From: Isurus oxyrinchus
Lineage: Eukaryota
Length of the DNA: 64,000 nucleotides
Assembly (NCBI GenBank): GCA_026770705.1
Contig: JANJGN010000018.1
Location: forward strand, 41,106,001 to 41,170,000
Reading direction: 5' to 3'
Positions 1-12,703 of the stretch are shown in pieces. The position numbers and the translations under genes are program-made. Within the stretch, counting starts at the first letter, position 1. Every line of letters begins with the position of its first letter. Below the pieces are notes generated by a model. It searched no databases. It saw only the letters and a list, made by a program, of their open reading frames with translations, and was not told the DNA's origin.

Positions 1-750
1 CCCAACGTGGTCTCCTCTACATTGGAGAGACCAAACGTAAACTGGGTGACCACTTTGCAGAACACCTGCGGTCTGTCCGCAAGAATGACCCAAACCTCCC
101 TGTCGCTTGCCATTTTAACACTCCACCCTGCTCTCTTGCCCACATGTCTGTCCTTGGCTTGCTGCATTGTTCCAGTGAAGCCCAACGCAAACTGGAGGAA
201 CAACACCTCATCTTCCGACTAGGCACCTTACAGCCTTCCGGACTGAATATTGAATTCAACAACTTTAGGTCGTGAGCTCCCTCCCCCATCCCCACCCCCT
301 TGCTGTTTCCCCCTTCCTTTTTTTCCCAATAAATTATAAAGATTTTCCTTTTCCCACCTATTTCCATTATAAAAAAAAATTTTTAAAAAAACACCCCCAC
401 TAGAGCTATAACTTGAGTGCCCTACCATCCATTCTTAATTAGCACAATCGTTTAGATAATATCACCAACTTTAACTTTAACACCTATGTGTTCTATTGTC
501 GTTGACATCTTTTGATGATCTGCTTCTATCACTGCTTGTTTGTCCATACAACCACACCCCCCACCTCTCTCTCTCTCTATCTCTCCGCCCTCCACACACA
601 CACCTTAAACCAGCTTATATTTCAACTCTTTCTTGGACTCGAACTCAAGTTCTGTCGAAGGGTCATGAGGACTCGAAACGTCAACTCTTTTCTTCTCCAC
701 CGATGCTGCCAGACCTGCTGAGTTTTTCCAGGTAATTCTGTTTTTGTTTT
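1..750 (+). mobile_element. Penelope-like element, 3' part (GIY-YIG end plus terminal region)
   Basis: LYIGETKR...EH...CHFN...RKLEEQHLIFRLG-type sequence, highly similar to 32140-32870. Ends in the hammerhead-bearing terminus; truncated by the window edge. Confidence 0.9.
648..686 (+). ncRNA. Minimal hammerhead ribozyme motif of Penelope terminus (A6U variant)
   Basis: agtt-CUGUCGA-A-GGGUC(augag)GACUC-GAAAC-GUC-aact: stem I agtt/aact, 5-bp stem II, and a loopless palindromic stem III (ACGU) typical of dimeric PLE hammerheads. Confidence 0.7.
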
Positions 751-936
751 AAACCAGCAAAATGTTCATTAAGTTAAAAATTTGAATCCCCTTCCTCTCC
801 TGGTTTCATTTGACTTTTCTTTTAAGAAAAAACAATAAAAAGTCCCTAGGAAAATTGGAAAGCAGCCCCAACCACAAGAACAATGCACTTAAAGTTTGCT
901 CAATGGTATCCCCTTAATGAGCAAACTAAAACTAAC

Positions 937-1239
937 CTGAAATATCAACACGTATGGAAAGTGAATCAGATTGCTGTGAAGGCATTTTCTGCCACATTCC
1001 AGTCTCCGATTTTATCCAAGGTGTGACTGTGCAGAAATAATCCCCGGCAACATTCTTCTCAGAACAGTGTAGTCGCAGACGGAACTCATGCATGCCGATT
1101 CGCTCAGCACTGATGTCACTGGTGCTACTGTCTTTCAGATATGTCACCACTGACCTCTGATCGATCGACACTAGAGGACTTTGGGTCGTGTCATTGGAGA
1201 ACCGTTGGGTCACAAACCATTCAACCTCATACAAGACAT
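937..1239 (-). CDS. PTGFRN: PTGFRN exon 8, remainder of Ig domain 6
   Basis: DVLYEVEWF...SIDQRSVVT...EFRLRLH.SE...GDYFCTVTPWIKSETGMWQK. Acceptor ctccctcctAG, donor G|GTTAG, 303 nt. The TM/cytoplasmic exon is expected outside the window. Confidence 0.95.
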
Positions 1240-1499
1240 CTAGGAGGGAGATCAATTAATCCAAAAACTTAATTTATTATTGGATTATTATAATCATTGA
1301 CATATTCAAATTCAATTCAACTCTAAGACTCAGTTCCTTCCTTGTACCCTGTTTCCTTGCTCCTCTTAGAAACACTAGGATTTGACTAAAATATTATACA
1401 GCGGTGTCAAAGAAATTATGATTATATGTTGAAATGTAGAGACTGTTAGTGCTCAACGGATTAGAGTAATCCTTAATGATTGCAATCAAATTGGATTGC

Positions 1500-1524
1500 A
1501 GAGAGAGAGAGAGAGAGAGAGAGA
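1500..1524. repeat. (AG)n microsatellite
   Basis: agagagag... about 12 units. Confidence 0.95.
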
Positions 1525-1879
1525 ATTAGTCTGTTATGGCAGAGTGAGGAGTCACGGGAAGGTTAGTAGCTCCCTGCAAGGAAGCTAAGAAAATCAAAGT
1601 CATGCTCAAAAAATGCTTTTCACCAACACTTCATGGTAAAACAAAATTATATAGATTAACGGGTCACAACTAGGTTATGGGTATGTAGTTGCACACACAC
1701 ACCACCAATGTACATAAAGCAGTCACAATAATACAAGTCCCTAGTGAAAGTTGAGATTTGCACTGTAATACATTGGACCATAATTTGCTGTAGCAGTGCA
1801 TCCCATGGCACCTGCCATTAGTGAGAATTGTCCTTGCCTGTTTAATCTCATCAACATTTTGCATAGCAAGTTGCTGTAA

Positions 1880-2270
1880 GTGTGAGCTGGATGTCACAAT
1901 GAGAAAAACCAGGCATCTGGGACCCATGTTAACAGGGCAAGCAACTGTGTATTTTCTGACCAATCAGATTGAAAGATTGTGAAATAAACAGAAAAAGCAC
2001 AGAGAGAAAATGAAAATGAGAATGGGTGAATTCAGGGTCAAATCAGGTCCAGAAAGAGAAAGAGAGAGGAAACAAAAGATTGGTTTAAAGACAGAAAGGA
2101 AAAAGAAAAAAATTGTTTTTTATTTTTAAATTGCATGTTTTAAAAATATCCAACCATTAAAACCTGAAAGACAGACTGCAGAACTGTAATAGTTAATTTT
2201 TTTACTGCCAGATAGAGTTATTGACAAGTAGTTAATTAACAGTTTTTAAAAAATGGATAGCTAATCTGTG
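1880..2270 (+). repeat. Unclassified interspersed repeat, copy 1
   Basis: caatcagattgaa(a/g)gattgtg..aacag..gaatgggtgaattca shared with 23930-24010. Confidence 0.6.
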
Positions 2271-3159
2271 ATTACTTAAATATGTGTGGAATTTAAATTG
2301 TCCTGAAACAGATTCCTTGCTTCACTTCAGCCCAATTCTAACTTAGTCGTAACTTTAGTCCATATTGACCATGGAAGTAGATCAACTTTACACTGCTTAA
2401 TGAATTTCATTTGGGAGCATCATGCAAATAGCAGGTGCAGTGACACACCTTAAGACAGCAACTTTGGGATTTCTGCTCTCTATTGTGCATCTGGCTTCGT
2501 CTGAAGTTGTTATGGAGTTTGCACATAATATACAGTGAGGTATGAGCTGTTATTTTAACATTGCATTGAATGAGCTCCAGCCTGCTCATTTCACTGATTT
2601 TCTTAGCTACCCAGCTGCTAAACAGAAATGCAGAAATATTGTATAGTTTTATATATTTTTCATTAGTGAGAAATTAATTTTGAAAGATGTATGTATTTTG
2701 AAAGCTAAAAAAGGTCAAGATATTAAAAAAAAATACTGACTGCAGAAACATAACTCAAGAGTTTAAATAGGTTACTTAGTGCAGGAGTGATTAAAGATTA
2801 AACTCACAAAATCAAGTCAAAGTCAAATGCTTCTACAAAAATCTCAAAGTCATAGGATTTACAATACAACACCCTGCTCATTGGTCCCAATGAGAGTGAA
2901 ATAAGATTTGAGTAGAAGCAGTTGAAATGTAGCATACCTCTCCAGAGAGAAGCCCTTATGTAGTCAGTGTCTGAGGGTGCTTGAGGAATACCACAAGCAG
3001 GTGCAACTGCCCATCACTGAGGAAGTATTTTAAATGGCCTTTGAAACAAAGTTTTACCAGGGATGGGGGAGGGGTTAAGTTGCAGAGCAAAGTACTTCAT
3101 GTGAATAAAGTATTCCAATGTTATCCTGCATAAGAGTGTGAAAAACCAACATGGCCTGC

Positions 3160-3545
3160 AGTCAACAAAAAAACATATATGCACATGGTACCTTTTAATG
3201 TTATAAATAACCCCAATGTGCTTCACAAGAGTATTCAATATAACACTGAGCCACGTTAAGGAGAGTAGGTCATGTGATCAAAAGCTTGGCCAAAAAAGAG
3301 GTAGGTTTCAAGGAATGTCTTAAAGGAGCAAAGCAAGGTAGAAAGGCAGAGAGGTGTACAGAGGGAGCTTCAGAGCTTGAGACCTACATAGCCACAAATG
3401 GTAAAGAAATTAACAGAGATGCGCAAGAGGCCAGAGTTAGCAAAGCACAGATATCCCAGAGGTTTTAGGGGCTGAAGGAGGTTATAGAAATAGAGCGGCC
3501 AGGAAGGGAATTTGAAAATAATGGTGAGAAATTCCACAATGTTCA
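3160..3545 (-). mobile_element. L2 LINE 3' fragment
   Basis: gtgcttcacaagag..tgatcaaaagcttggccaaaaaagaggtaggtttcaaggaatgtcttaaagga; related to 54505-54690 and to the reverse of 59050-59260. Confidence 0.6.
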
Positions 3546-4320
3546 TTTTTAAAAGAGCTCTACTAGATTCACAGAAAGAAAACGATAATTTACCGACAAT
3601 GTAACATTCTCTATGTATCACAGGCATTGTTCTAGAGGGAACGATTTAACCAGGGAGGAAAGGACCTGTTTGGTCTGGATTCCCATCTCTAAGAATATAC
3701 CACAGGGTCTTCCCACACCCCTTACCTTACCCATTACAATCCTCCATTTCAGATTTTTCTACACCACCACTTAAACGTTTGCCAAGAGATCAAATTTGAA
3801 AACAAAACATATCTTTCTTTTAAAAAAAAATTTTATTCAAGATTTCAATTTCCATTTTCTCTTCAATAGAGCAACAACTCATTTCAATCACCTCTTCCCA
3901 CCAGAATAAATCATGGTTAGAATTTTGCCCCACTACACTGTTTTATCAACTTTCTATAAAATTTCAACAATATTTCATTTGAGATGCAAGACTTGAATAG
4001 AAGCACTCAAGAAGTTTATGTACCAATATCAGGGGCTAAGCAATAAGATGGGAGAATTCATTTGAAGAATGAAGAGTACTTTCCATCAGCAAGTTGTTCA
4101 TAGTCAATGTGACACATGCATACTGAGCAAGAGGACAGGAGTGGGGCTGTATGAAAAACAAACCACAGCAGATTCCTGAGCAGCAGCAGGTGTTTAGTGG
4201 AAGTACTCATTATGGCTGCCTAAAGATTTCAAACACAATCTGCTTGAAACCATGAGCCCTTCAGCCAAACCTATTCTTGGGAAATAGTCTGGACCCATGA
4301 TAACCTGTTGCTAAAATTAC

Positions 4321-4428
4321 CTGAGTTGTTAGGTATGTCCGACAGATCAACAGTACAGTTCATTTCCACAGTCTCGCCTTGGTATACATGAGGCTTCTCA
4401 GAGTGCAAAGTTACATTAAACCGGGGAG
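4321..4428 (-). CDS. PTGFRN: PTGFRN exon 7, N-terminal part of Ig domain 6
   Basis: Not in the ORF track. The 108-nt exon reads APRFNVTLHSEKPHVYQGETVEMNCTVDLSDIPNNS, with acceptor ctctgtAG and donor G|GTAAT. It supplies the first Cys of Ig6 and keeps frame between exons 6 and 8. Confidence 0.9.
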
Positions 4429-6016
4429 CTACAGAGCATAATGAGAAAAGTTAATAGACAAGTAATGGTTTATTTTATTATACTCAGTGATCAATTTAAA
4501 TGCAATTTTAAACTTTGGAACTGCACTTATTATAAGGAAGAGAGAGAATAATTTATACGTATGATTCATGTGCTGAACAACCACTGCTATGCCTGGGCAG
4601 CAGTGAGCACAGGTCACAAAAGTGAAATGCTAATTTTTAAACATGTTTTCTCCCATCCTGTCCTGAAGGCTCTGAACTTTTGCTGACATGCAGTCCTGTT
4701 GGCACAGGTTGGCCTCCAACACTTCATCTTAAAAACGTGTTTTTTCCTTCATCGTTAATTCCCAACCAAAAATTATGAAGGAAGGGCTCTTTTTAATGCA
4801 GTGTTTTTTTGGGTGGGAATTGTCAGAAAGCTACCGAGCTATGCAGAGCCTTGCAGCCTAACCCAACCCTGTAGCTAACTCAGAGCAGACTGGAAATTGA
4901 AGCTGGAACGTCCAGTCTGTCCAGCTCGGCGTTGTGGCTTTACTCACAACGTCATAACAATGTTCTGACTATCTGCACGATCTATTCCTGTATGAATGTT
5001 TTTATTTCCTCCCTTTGGGCTAAATTAAATGCTCACAGAAGTGAAGTGAGAGCAATCACATTTGAACCAGCAACAAATCAACCTTAACTTCATAGTAAGA
5101 ACACTTATGACAGTCCTGGTGCAGCTTTAAAAGAATAAACTGAACCTGTGCCTTTTCAGTAATGCCAGCTGCAACATGAAAACAGCATATCTATTAATTT
5201 TCTGTCTTAAATAACATGCAACAAGAGTTTCACTTGGCAATATACTCAGCAATAAAAGCTAGCTGAACTGCCAAAACTGAAACTATGTGCACTGATGAAG
5301 AGAACCTAGAAATAAATGTAGCACCTAAAATAATATAGAGCTGAACTATCACAATAGGGTACAACTACACACAGCCACCTGAATCAAAACCCAGGTGGCA
5401 CTGTATTCCGAATCACTTGCAACAATAATTATAGTCTCTCCTTAATTGTTGCAGGAATGCAGATAGTTTCAAAAATGATCCCCAGTTTATATGACATTTC
5501 AACATAGCACACTGAAGATGTTGGTAAAGTAGGAGCTGGATTAATCATTTACAGATTCTTAAGTATTAAGCACTCAATTTAAAGATCAATTGTACTGTGC
5601 TTTTAGCAAATAAACACACTTGAAAAGTCAACTACTCCCAACTGAACTCCCTCCGCTCTGCCAATCCCCCACCCCTCCCCATCTTATTTTAATACTAAGA
5701 TTTGTTGAACAAGTTTTATTCATGCTGAAGCTCCACAAGGAGCTTTGGTTACTTTTTTTTGAAAACATTTTATGTTTGTTTTAAAATTTATTTGGAATTC
5801 AAATTTTTAACCAGGAAAGAATCAAATTTGATGGAATTTTATTTTACACAACTGAATGCAGGGCAAGAGATAGCAAAGACTTTTGAAAATGCAGACGTAA
5901 CATGGTATTTCAAAATGAGGCAAAGAGAGAAATGGCGTTGGGGAAGGGGAGGTGGAACTGGAGAATAATGAAAAAAAAAGTTTGGGGGGGGCGTTGGGAA
6001 GGGATAAAAAGGATTA

Positions 6017-6624
6017 GGGCTGAAATTTGCGCTGAACAGGTGGGCACACGCAGGACCTGCCCGAGCACAAAACGGCGCACGATGTCGGGCCAGTGTCCTG
6101 ACGTCATCGCATGATATTTCGTTCGGTAGGGACACACGGGAGTCGGCAACGCAGCGTCGACAATTAACAGGCCCTTAATGCCATTAAAGTAATAATTAAA
6201 TGAAATTTTTCACTGCCTGTCCAACCTTATGGTTGGCAGGCAGGCAAAAAGGCCAAGATGCCTTTGGATTTTTTAGGAAGCCTCATCCATGGGTGGGATG
6301 AGGTTTCCAACAGCAAATAAAAATTAAATAAAAGTTTTTAAATTTCATTCATGACAGAGTCACATGAGGGGAAATGTTTTAACAAAAAGTTTTTAATTTT
6401 TGAGTTTATAAATCTTCAGTTCCCTGAGGCAGCTCTGTGCCTCAGGGAGCTTTCACTGCACGTGCATGCTCGAATTTCCATGCTGGCCCTCCTCCCGCCC
6501 CCATCCTGGGAGCGCTGAGTGCTGCAGCATGTGTTTCATGCTGGCTGACTGTTAATCGCAGGCAGCGGTCAGCTTCATGACCACTCCCAGGTCCGTCCAC
6601 CCAACAACCTGAAAATCCTGGCCC
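6017..6624 (+). mobile_element. Harbinger-type MITE
   Basis: TIRs gggctgaaattt / aaaatcctggccc; 3-bp TSD TTA (6014-6016, 6625-6627). Confidence 0.85.
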
Positions 6625-7209
6625 TTAAGGTTTTTCAAACAAAACAGATTTAAAAGAGAAGGGGGAAACCCACAGATCTGTAATTAGGCTCCAGAACTGC
6701 AAATACATCTGGTCAGACTAAAAGTTTAAATGAAACTTATAGTTTGAACATCAAAAATACATGGGTTATCTCATTATGACTCGATGTGAAGACCCATAAC
6801 AAACCATTTCAAATCAAATCTCCAACATCATCTATCATTATCTTTCTCAACCTACCAAAGGTCAATACCACACTGAACTGGTTAAACCTGGGCGGGAAAT
6901 GGATACTCTTAAAATACAACAGTTCCATAAGATGTGGAAATCTCCAAACCCCTTAAAAACAGAGGTAAAGATTGTCCAAATGGTAATGCTGGGATCATTG
7001 GTGCAATTTGGATAAATGTCTAATTTCAGGCCCCCAGTCTAGATTACAATTTTCATGTCACAAATAAAATCATATTCTATATCAACAGATTATGAAAGTC
7101 TGATGTCACAACAGCCCATGGACCACATACAGCACAGGTCAGGCAATTCAATTCTACTTGTGCTTATATTTTACTGTGTGTTGATTTTTTGCGAAAGGAG
7201 AAACTGGGA

Positions 7210-7564
7210 TAGGAAAACCCCTGTTATCCAGCATGCTCCAGTTCTGGGAGGTGCCAGCTAATCAAATATGCCAGTTAACCGTGGATGTAAGGCGAGTTCT
7301 GTGGTTTCATCCAATCAGAAAGCTCCAGGGTGATCACAAGGGTATCGAGGTCTCACAAGAGGCACAGGAGCAGATGAATCAAGTGAGGGGAGATGGTGCT
7401 GCAGAACAGTGGGAGGCTGAGATCAGAGAGAGGACAAGCCTGCCAATAGCAACTGCCACAGAGTTTGACATCTTCAGTCAAAAAAAAGTTAACAGGCCCG
7501 ACCCCAGAATTCTGATTATTACAGAATTCTGGTTGGTAGAGTGTCGGAAAACAGAATTTTACTG
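7210..7564. mobile_element. Tc1/mariner-pogo-like MITE
   Basis: Imperfect TIRs taggaaaacccctgttatccagca versus the reverse complement of the right end, cagtaaaattctgttttccgaca; right end followed by TA. Confidence 0.55.
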
Positions 7565-7863
7565 TATTTATAGTGTCTTCATGGTGATCCAAAGCGATTC
7601 ACAGCCAAAGTACTTCAGAAGAGTAGCCAGTGCCATAATGTAAGGAAATGCAGTGGGGAATTTGTCCACAATATCCCACGCACAACACTGGGATCAAATA
7701 ATCAGGTTTACTGGAGTTAGCTAAGAGATAAGCATCAGATTTCTGATGGTGAACTGGCCAATGCTATCTTTAATGTCCATAAATCCAAAACTGGAACAGC
7801 AACATGTTATTGCAGCAACTTAGAAATGGATGCAACTTAATGGGGGTGTGAATTTAAACCTTA

Positions 7864-8351
7864 TGACCAGGATTTTATAGTCGGCATGCAGGGGTGGGCC
7901 CAGCACGTAAAATGACGCGCGATGATGTCGGGCATGCGCCCCGACATCATTGCGCTGTCTCATGATGTTTTGTTCGGTGGGCACGTGCCCGCCGATAATT
8001 GATAGGCCTATTAAGGACATTAACAAAGTAATTAATGTCAAGTTTACGCTGCCCATCCAACCCAACAGTTGGCAGGCAGGCAGGCAAAAAGGCCAAGCGG
8101 CCTTTACTTTTTTTAGGATACCTCATCCACGAGCTGGTTGAGGTTTCTTAAAGCTTTTGCAAATTAAATGAAAAATTTTTCTGAAAAATAAAAACATGTT
8201 TCATTAAATTTATTTATTGTTTTCAATAGCACTTCAATCTCCGAGACAGCTCTGCACTGGACCCAACTCTCCCTCCTCCTCCCTCGTATTATGCTGGGAG
8301 CGCCCCCCTCCCCCTTCACTAAGCTTACCCAACGTGGGAAAAATTCAGGCC
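7864..8351 (+). mobile_element. Harbinger-type MITE (same family, internally deleted)
   Basis: Shares internal blocks (gacatcattgcgc, ccaac..gttggcagg, cctcatcc..gaggtttc, gagacagctctg); degenerate TIRs gaccaggatttt / aaaattcaggcc. Confidence 0.75.
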
Positions 8352-8920
8352 TATTTCTTCTCTCAGGGCACCATGATATGCACAAAGTTAAATAGCTGGG
8401 ATACTCCTGCAGAAAGATTTCAAATATCTAATGAGTTATAGGAGAATTTGTCCTTAGTTATTGTATACAATAAGTTAAATTACACATTTGCAGAATCTCA
8501 TTTCTTTTAAATTAAGATTTATTCATTAAGAGTTTTGATTTAAAAAACGCAGCTACTTTCATGTTTAAATCGCTCCCTGTGTAGATGGTCCACATTGTCC
8601 ATGATTTCCTAGTTGTCAGAAGCCAAGTAAGCTGCTCCTAATTCTCTGCCAGTTTATCAACTAAACCTGCAATGTTGAGATACAAATTATCCAGGTCAAT
8701 CTTTATTACTTTCTACCCTCTCTTTGAAATCTCCCCACAGTACTGTAACCAAAATGATAAGGTTTCCAGATTCTAAACTACCAAACCATTCATGCATAAA
8801 AAGTTTAATTTACAGTCAGCAGTCTTCTGTAGAGCCACATCTGAAAGATTAAAAGATATGTACACTAATATTTCATCTGCTGATGACTCTGCCAATTGGT
8901 TGATTAAATTCAGAACCTAC

Positions 8921-9334
8921 CTGCTGTTTTAAAGGCAACTGCTACAGTGTTGGACGAATTTGCAACTACTTCAGACCACTGCCCATTTGTGTCTGGAGCC
9001 CATGCTTGGACAATACAGTAATATGATCCTTCATCGGAAAATTGGGTCCTGTACAGTCGGAAACGGAACTCCTCATCACCGACTTTTTCCAGAACAACAT
9101 CCTCTGATCGGTCCTGGTCATCCCATCTCTCCAGTTTAACCACTGAGTCCCTGGTCAACGAGATAAGCATTTTGCTGTCCTTTGCATCAGTAAAAGCTGG
9201 TTCATTCATCGCTATAGCCACAGAGTAATGAGGAACTTCAACATGCTCTGCAGAAACACTACAGACCATCTCAAAGGTGTTGCCTCGCGTGGATACTGGT
9301 TTCTCCTCTGTTGCTGTAATACTCAGGCTTGGAT
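8921..9334 (-). CDS. PTGFRN: PTGFRN exon 6, Ig-V domain 5
   Basis: GNTFEMVCSVS...YSV...SLTRDSVVKLERW...VVLEKVGDEEFRFRLYRTQFSDEGSYYC. Acceptor tttcttAG, donor G|GTAGG, 414 nt. Confidence 0.95.
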
Positions 9335-9699
9335 CTAAGAAAGTGAAGGGAATATTATTAAGTGCAATTAAAAATACAGGTTTATTGCAATCTTAAATCA
9401 GCAACTTTGATCTACAGGCAACATACATGATGTATAATGCACACTAATCTTAGTTATGAATTATTCTACTAGAGAGCAGAACGTTGTGTACAATGAAAAG
9501 GTATTAGAGAAATAGTACCTATAGTATCCAAAACCTTGTTCTCCCAATCACAGCCACATGATCATGGAAAATAAGTAAGAGGTCACACAACTCCCTAGGA
9601 GCTCACGGCATGGAAGAAATGAGGATGGGTTGACAAAATCTGGTCCACGTTAGTCTAAATGTTGTCTATCTAAATGTTAGTTCATCCCAATATTAATTG

Positions 9700-12075
9700 G
9701 GCTTGGTTGGAGTGGATTTCTTGAAATGTGTACAGGAGAACTTTTTAGGTCAATATGTAGAGGGTCCAACAAGGGACAGATTGCTGGACCTAATTCTGGG
9801 GAATGAAGCCGGACAGGTGGCTGGGGTGATGGTGGGCGAGCATTTTACTGATAGTGACCACAACATGGTACAGTTTAAGTTTGTTATGGACAAAGAAATA
9901 GAAAAGTGGCAAAAAAATGTTTTGGATTGGGGAGAGTGGATTTTAGTAAAATGATTTTAGTAAAATAAGGCAGGATCTGGCCAAGATAGACTGGGAACAG
10001 TTACTTGTGGGGAAATCTACAGAGGAGCAAATGGGGAGGGTTCAGGCTCAACATGTTCCCTCTAGGGTGATAGTAAGGAGTAACAAGCCCAGAGAACCAT
10101 GGATGACCAGAGATATTTAGGATACGATGAGAAGGAAAAAGAGAGGCCTTTAGCAGGTACAAGGGGAGCAAATCAGCAGAGGCATTAGTGGAGTACAGAA
10201 AGTGCAGGGCAGAGCTTAAGAAAGCAATTAGGAGAGCAAAGAGGGGATATGAGAAAAATCTGGCTGGTAAAAGAAGGGAAAATCCCAAGATATTCTTTAA
10301 GTATATCAATGGGAAAAGGATAACCAGGGAAAGAGTAGGGCCCATTAGGGACCAATCTATGGATGGAGCCAGAGGACATCGGTAGAGTGCTGAACGAATA
10401 CTGCACATCCGTCTTCACCCAAGAGAATGAGGATGAAGGTATGGAGCTTGGGGAGAGAGACTGCGAGGTTCTTGAGCAAATTGATATAGGGAGTGACAAG
10501 GTATTGCAGGTGTTGGTAGGCTTAAAAGTGGACAAATCTCCAGGTCCGAATGATTTGTGTCCCAGACTGCTGAGGGAGGCAAGGGAGGAGATTGCAGGGC
10601 TCTGACCCTAATTTTCTTGCCACAGGGAAGGTGCCAGTGGACTGGAGAACAGCTAATGTGGATCAGCTATTTAAGAAGGGTTGTAGAGATAAGCCAGGGA
10701 ACTACAGGCCAGTGAGTCTCATGTCAGTGGTAGGGAAACTATTGAAGAAAATTCTGAAGGAGATAATCTATCTCCACTTGGAGAGGCAAGGTTTGATAAG
10801 GGATAGTCAGCATGGCTTGTCAGAGGGAGGTCATGCCTAACAAATTTGATTGAATTTTTTGAGGAGGTGACCAAGTGTGTAGATGAGGGTAGTGCAGTTG
10901 ATGTAGTTTATATGGATTTCAGCAAAGCCTTTGACAAGGTCCCAAATGGGAGACTTATAAAGAAGACAAATGCACATGGGATACGGGGCAATTTGATAAG
11001 GTGGATTCAAAATTGGCTTATTTGTAGGAGACAGAGGGTGATGACAGAAGGATGCTTTAGTGACTGGAAGCCAGCGTCCAGTGGCGTACCACAGGGATCT
11101 GTGCTGGGTCCCCCATTATTCGTTATTTATATGAACGACATAGATGACTATGTGGGGGGTAAGATTAGTAAGTTTATGGATGACACAAAGATTGGCTGGG
11201 CGGTTAACAATGAGGTTGAGTGTCTTGGACTACAGGAAGATATAGACAGGATGCTCAAATGGGCAGATAAGTGACTGATGGAATTTAAACCTGAAAAGTG
11301 TGAGGTGATACACTTTGGAAGGAGTAATTTGCCAAAGAAGTATTCAATGAACGACGTGACACTAGGAAGTTCTGAGGAACAAAGGGACCTTGGCTTGTGT
11401 GTCCATAGATCTCTGAAGGCGGAGGGGCATGTTAGTGGGGTGGTGAAAAAGGCATATGGGACGCTTGCCTTTATCAATCAAGGCATAGATTACAAATGTA
11501 GGAAGGACATGCTGGAGTTGTATAGAACCTTGGTGAGGCCACAGCTGTGTGCAGTTCTGGTCACCACATTATAGGAAGGATGTGATTGCACTGGAGGGGG
11601 TGCAGAGGAGATTCACCAGGATGTTGCCTGGGATGAAACATTTAAGTTATGAAGAGAGGTTGGATAGACTTGGGTTGTTTTCATTGGAGCAGAGAAGACC
11701 GAGGGGCAACCTGATCAAGGTGTACAAGATTATGAGGGGCATGGACAGGGAGCAGCTGTTCCCCTTAGTTGAAGGGTCAGTCACAAGGAGGCATAAGTTC
11801 AAGGTGAGGGCCAGGAAGTTTAGGGGGGATGTGAGGAAAAACTTATTTACCCAGAGGGTACTGATGGTCTGGAATGCACTGCCTGGGAGGGTGGTGGAGG
11901 CAGGTTGCCTCACATCCTTTAAAAAGTACCTGGATGAGCACTTGGCACGTCATAACATTCAAGGCTATGGGCCAAGTGCTGGTAAATGGGATGAGGTAGG
12001 TAGGTCAGGTGTTTCTCATGTGTTGGTGCAGACTCAATGGGCCGAAGGGCTTCTTCTGCACTGTGATTCTGTGAT
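9700..12075 (+). mobile_element. CR1 LINE, 5'-truncated ORF2 (end of APE, RT, 3' tail), frameshifted
   Basis: KSPGPN..PRLLRE, NYRPVSL, VYMDFSKAFDKV, GVPQGSVLGP, KFMDDTK, VQRRFTRMLPG motifs; ends ctgtgattctgtga. Confidence 0.95.
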
Positions 12076-12280
12076 AAACGGGTTATCTCATGAAAATAAT
12101 TTTTGACATCAGAATAAACAACCTCCAGCAGTATCATGTTGTCTGCAATGGTATTTATAAGTATTGATCAAGGGTTACAATTTTATTCTCTATTTTTAAA
12201 GAAAAAGTTCTTACAAAGCAAAACACTTGATTTAAAGAAAAAACAAACGAGACCTTGCCAAGGCAGCAGGGACATTTTAC

Positions 12281-12703
12281 CTTCTGTTTTCCAGAATATA
12301 TCAATGGCGAGTGAAGAGTTTTCCTGTTTTTTCAACCAAGTGTTACCTCGCTGTTTAATCCAGGCAGTAACATTGCAAAAATATTCTCCTCTGTCAGAGA
12401 GAAGGGCATGCTGCATCTGAAACTTGAAAGCATGTATCTCAGGCTTCATAAAACCAATCTCTCCCTTTTCCACTCGTTCATTATATTTATTGCCCAATTT
12501 TAGTGTCCAATCCTGATCCATCGTTGCTATGGGCACAGTTGCTTCAGTAGCAACATTCTGCCCTTTTGGACTGAAATACCAGGTCACAGTTAGCTTCGCA
12601 TCATCTGCATTTTGTAAATTCAACACCCGGCACTCAAGTTCGGCTGACTCCCCTGAGGAACTAGGTACCTTGATGGAGTTTAGCTCAACGGCATACGTAG
12701 GAT
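12281..12703 (-). CDS. PTGFRN: PTGFRN exon 5, Ig-V domain 4
   Basis: DPTYAVELNSIKVPSSSGESAELECRV...TVTWY...DQDWTLKLG...SDRGEYFCNVTAWIKQRGNTWLK...IFW, closely PTGFRN-like. Acceptor tccacAG, donor G|GTAAA, 423 nt. Confidence 0.95.

Noticed and set aside
17-367. Duplicated 116-118 aa minus-strand ORFs (also 32160-32516)
   Set aside because: Antisense shadows of the Penelope GIY-YIG region present in two copies.
7233-7643. 136-aa ORF as a novel gene
   Set aside because: Lies within a pogo-like MITE and SINE tail; no recognisable domain or splice support.
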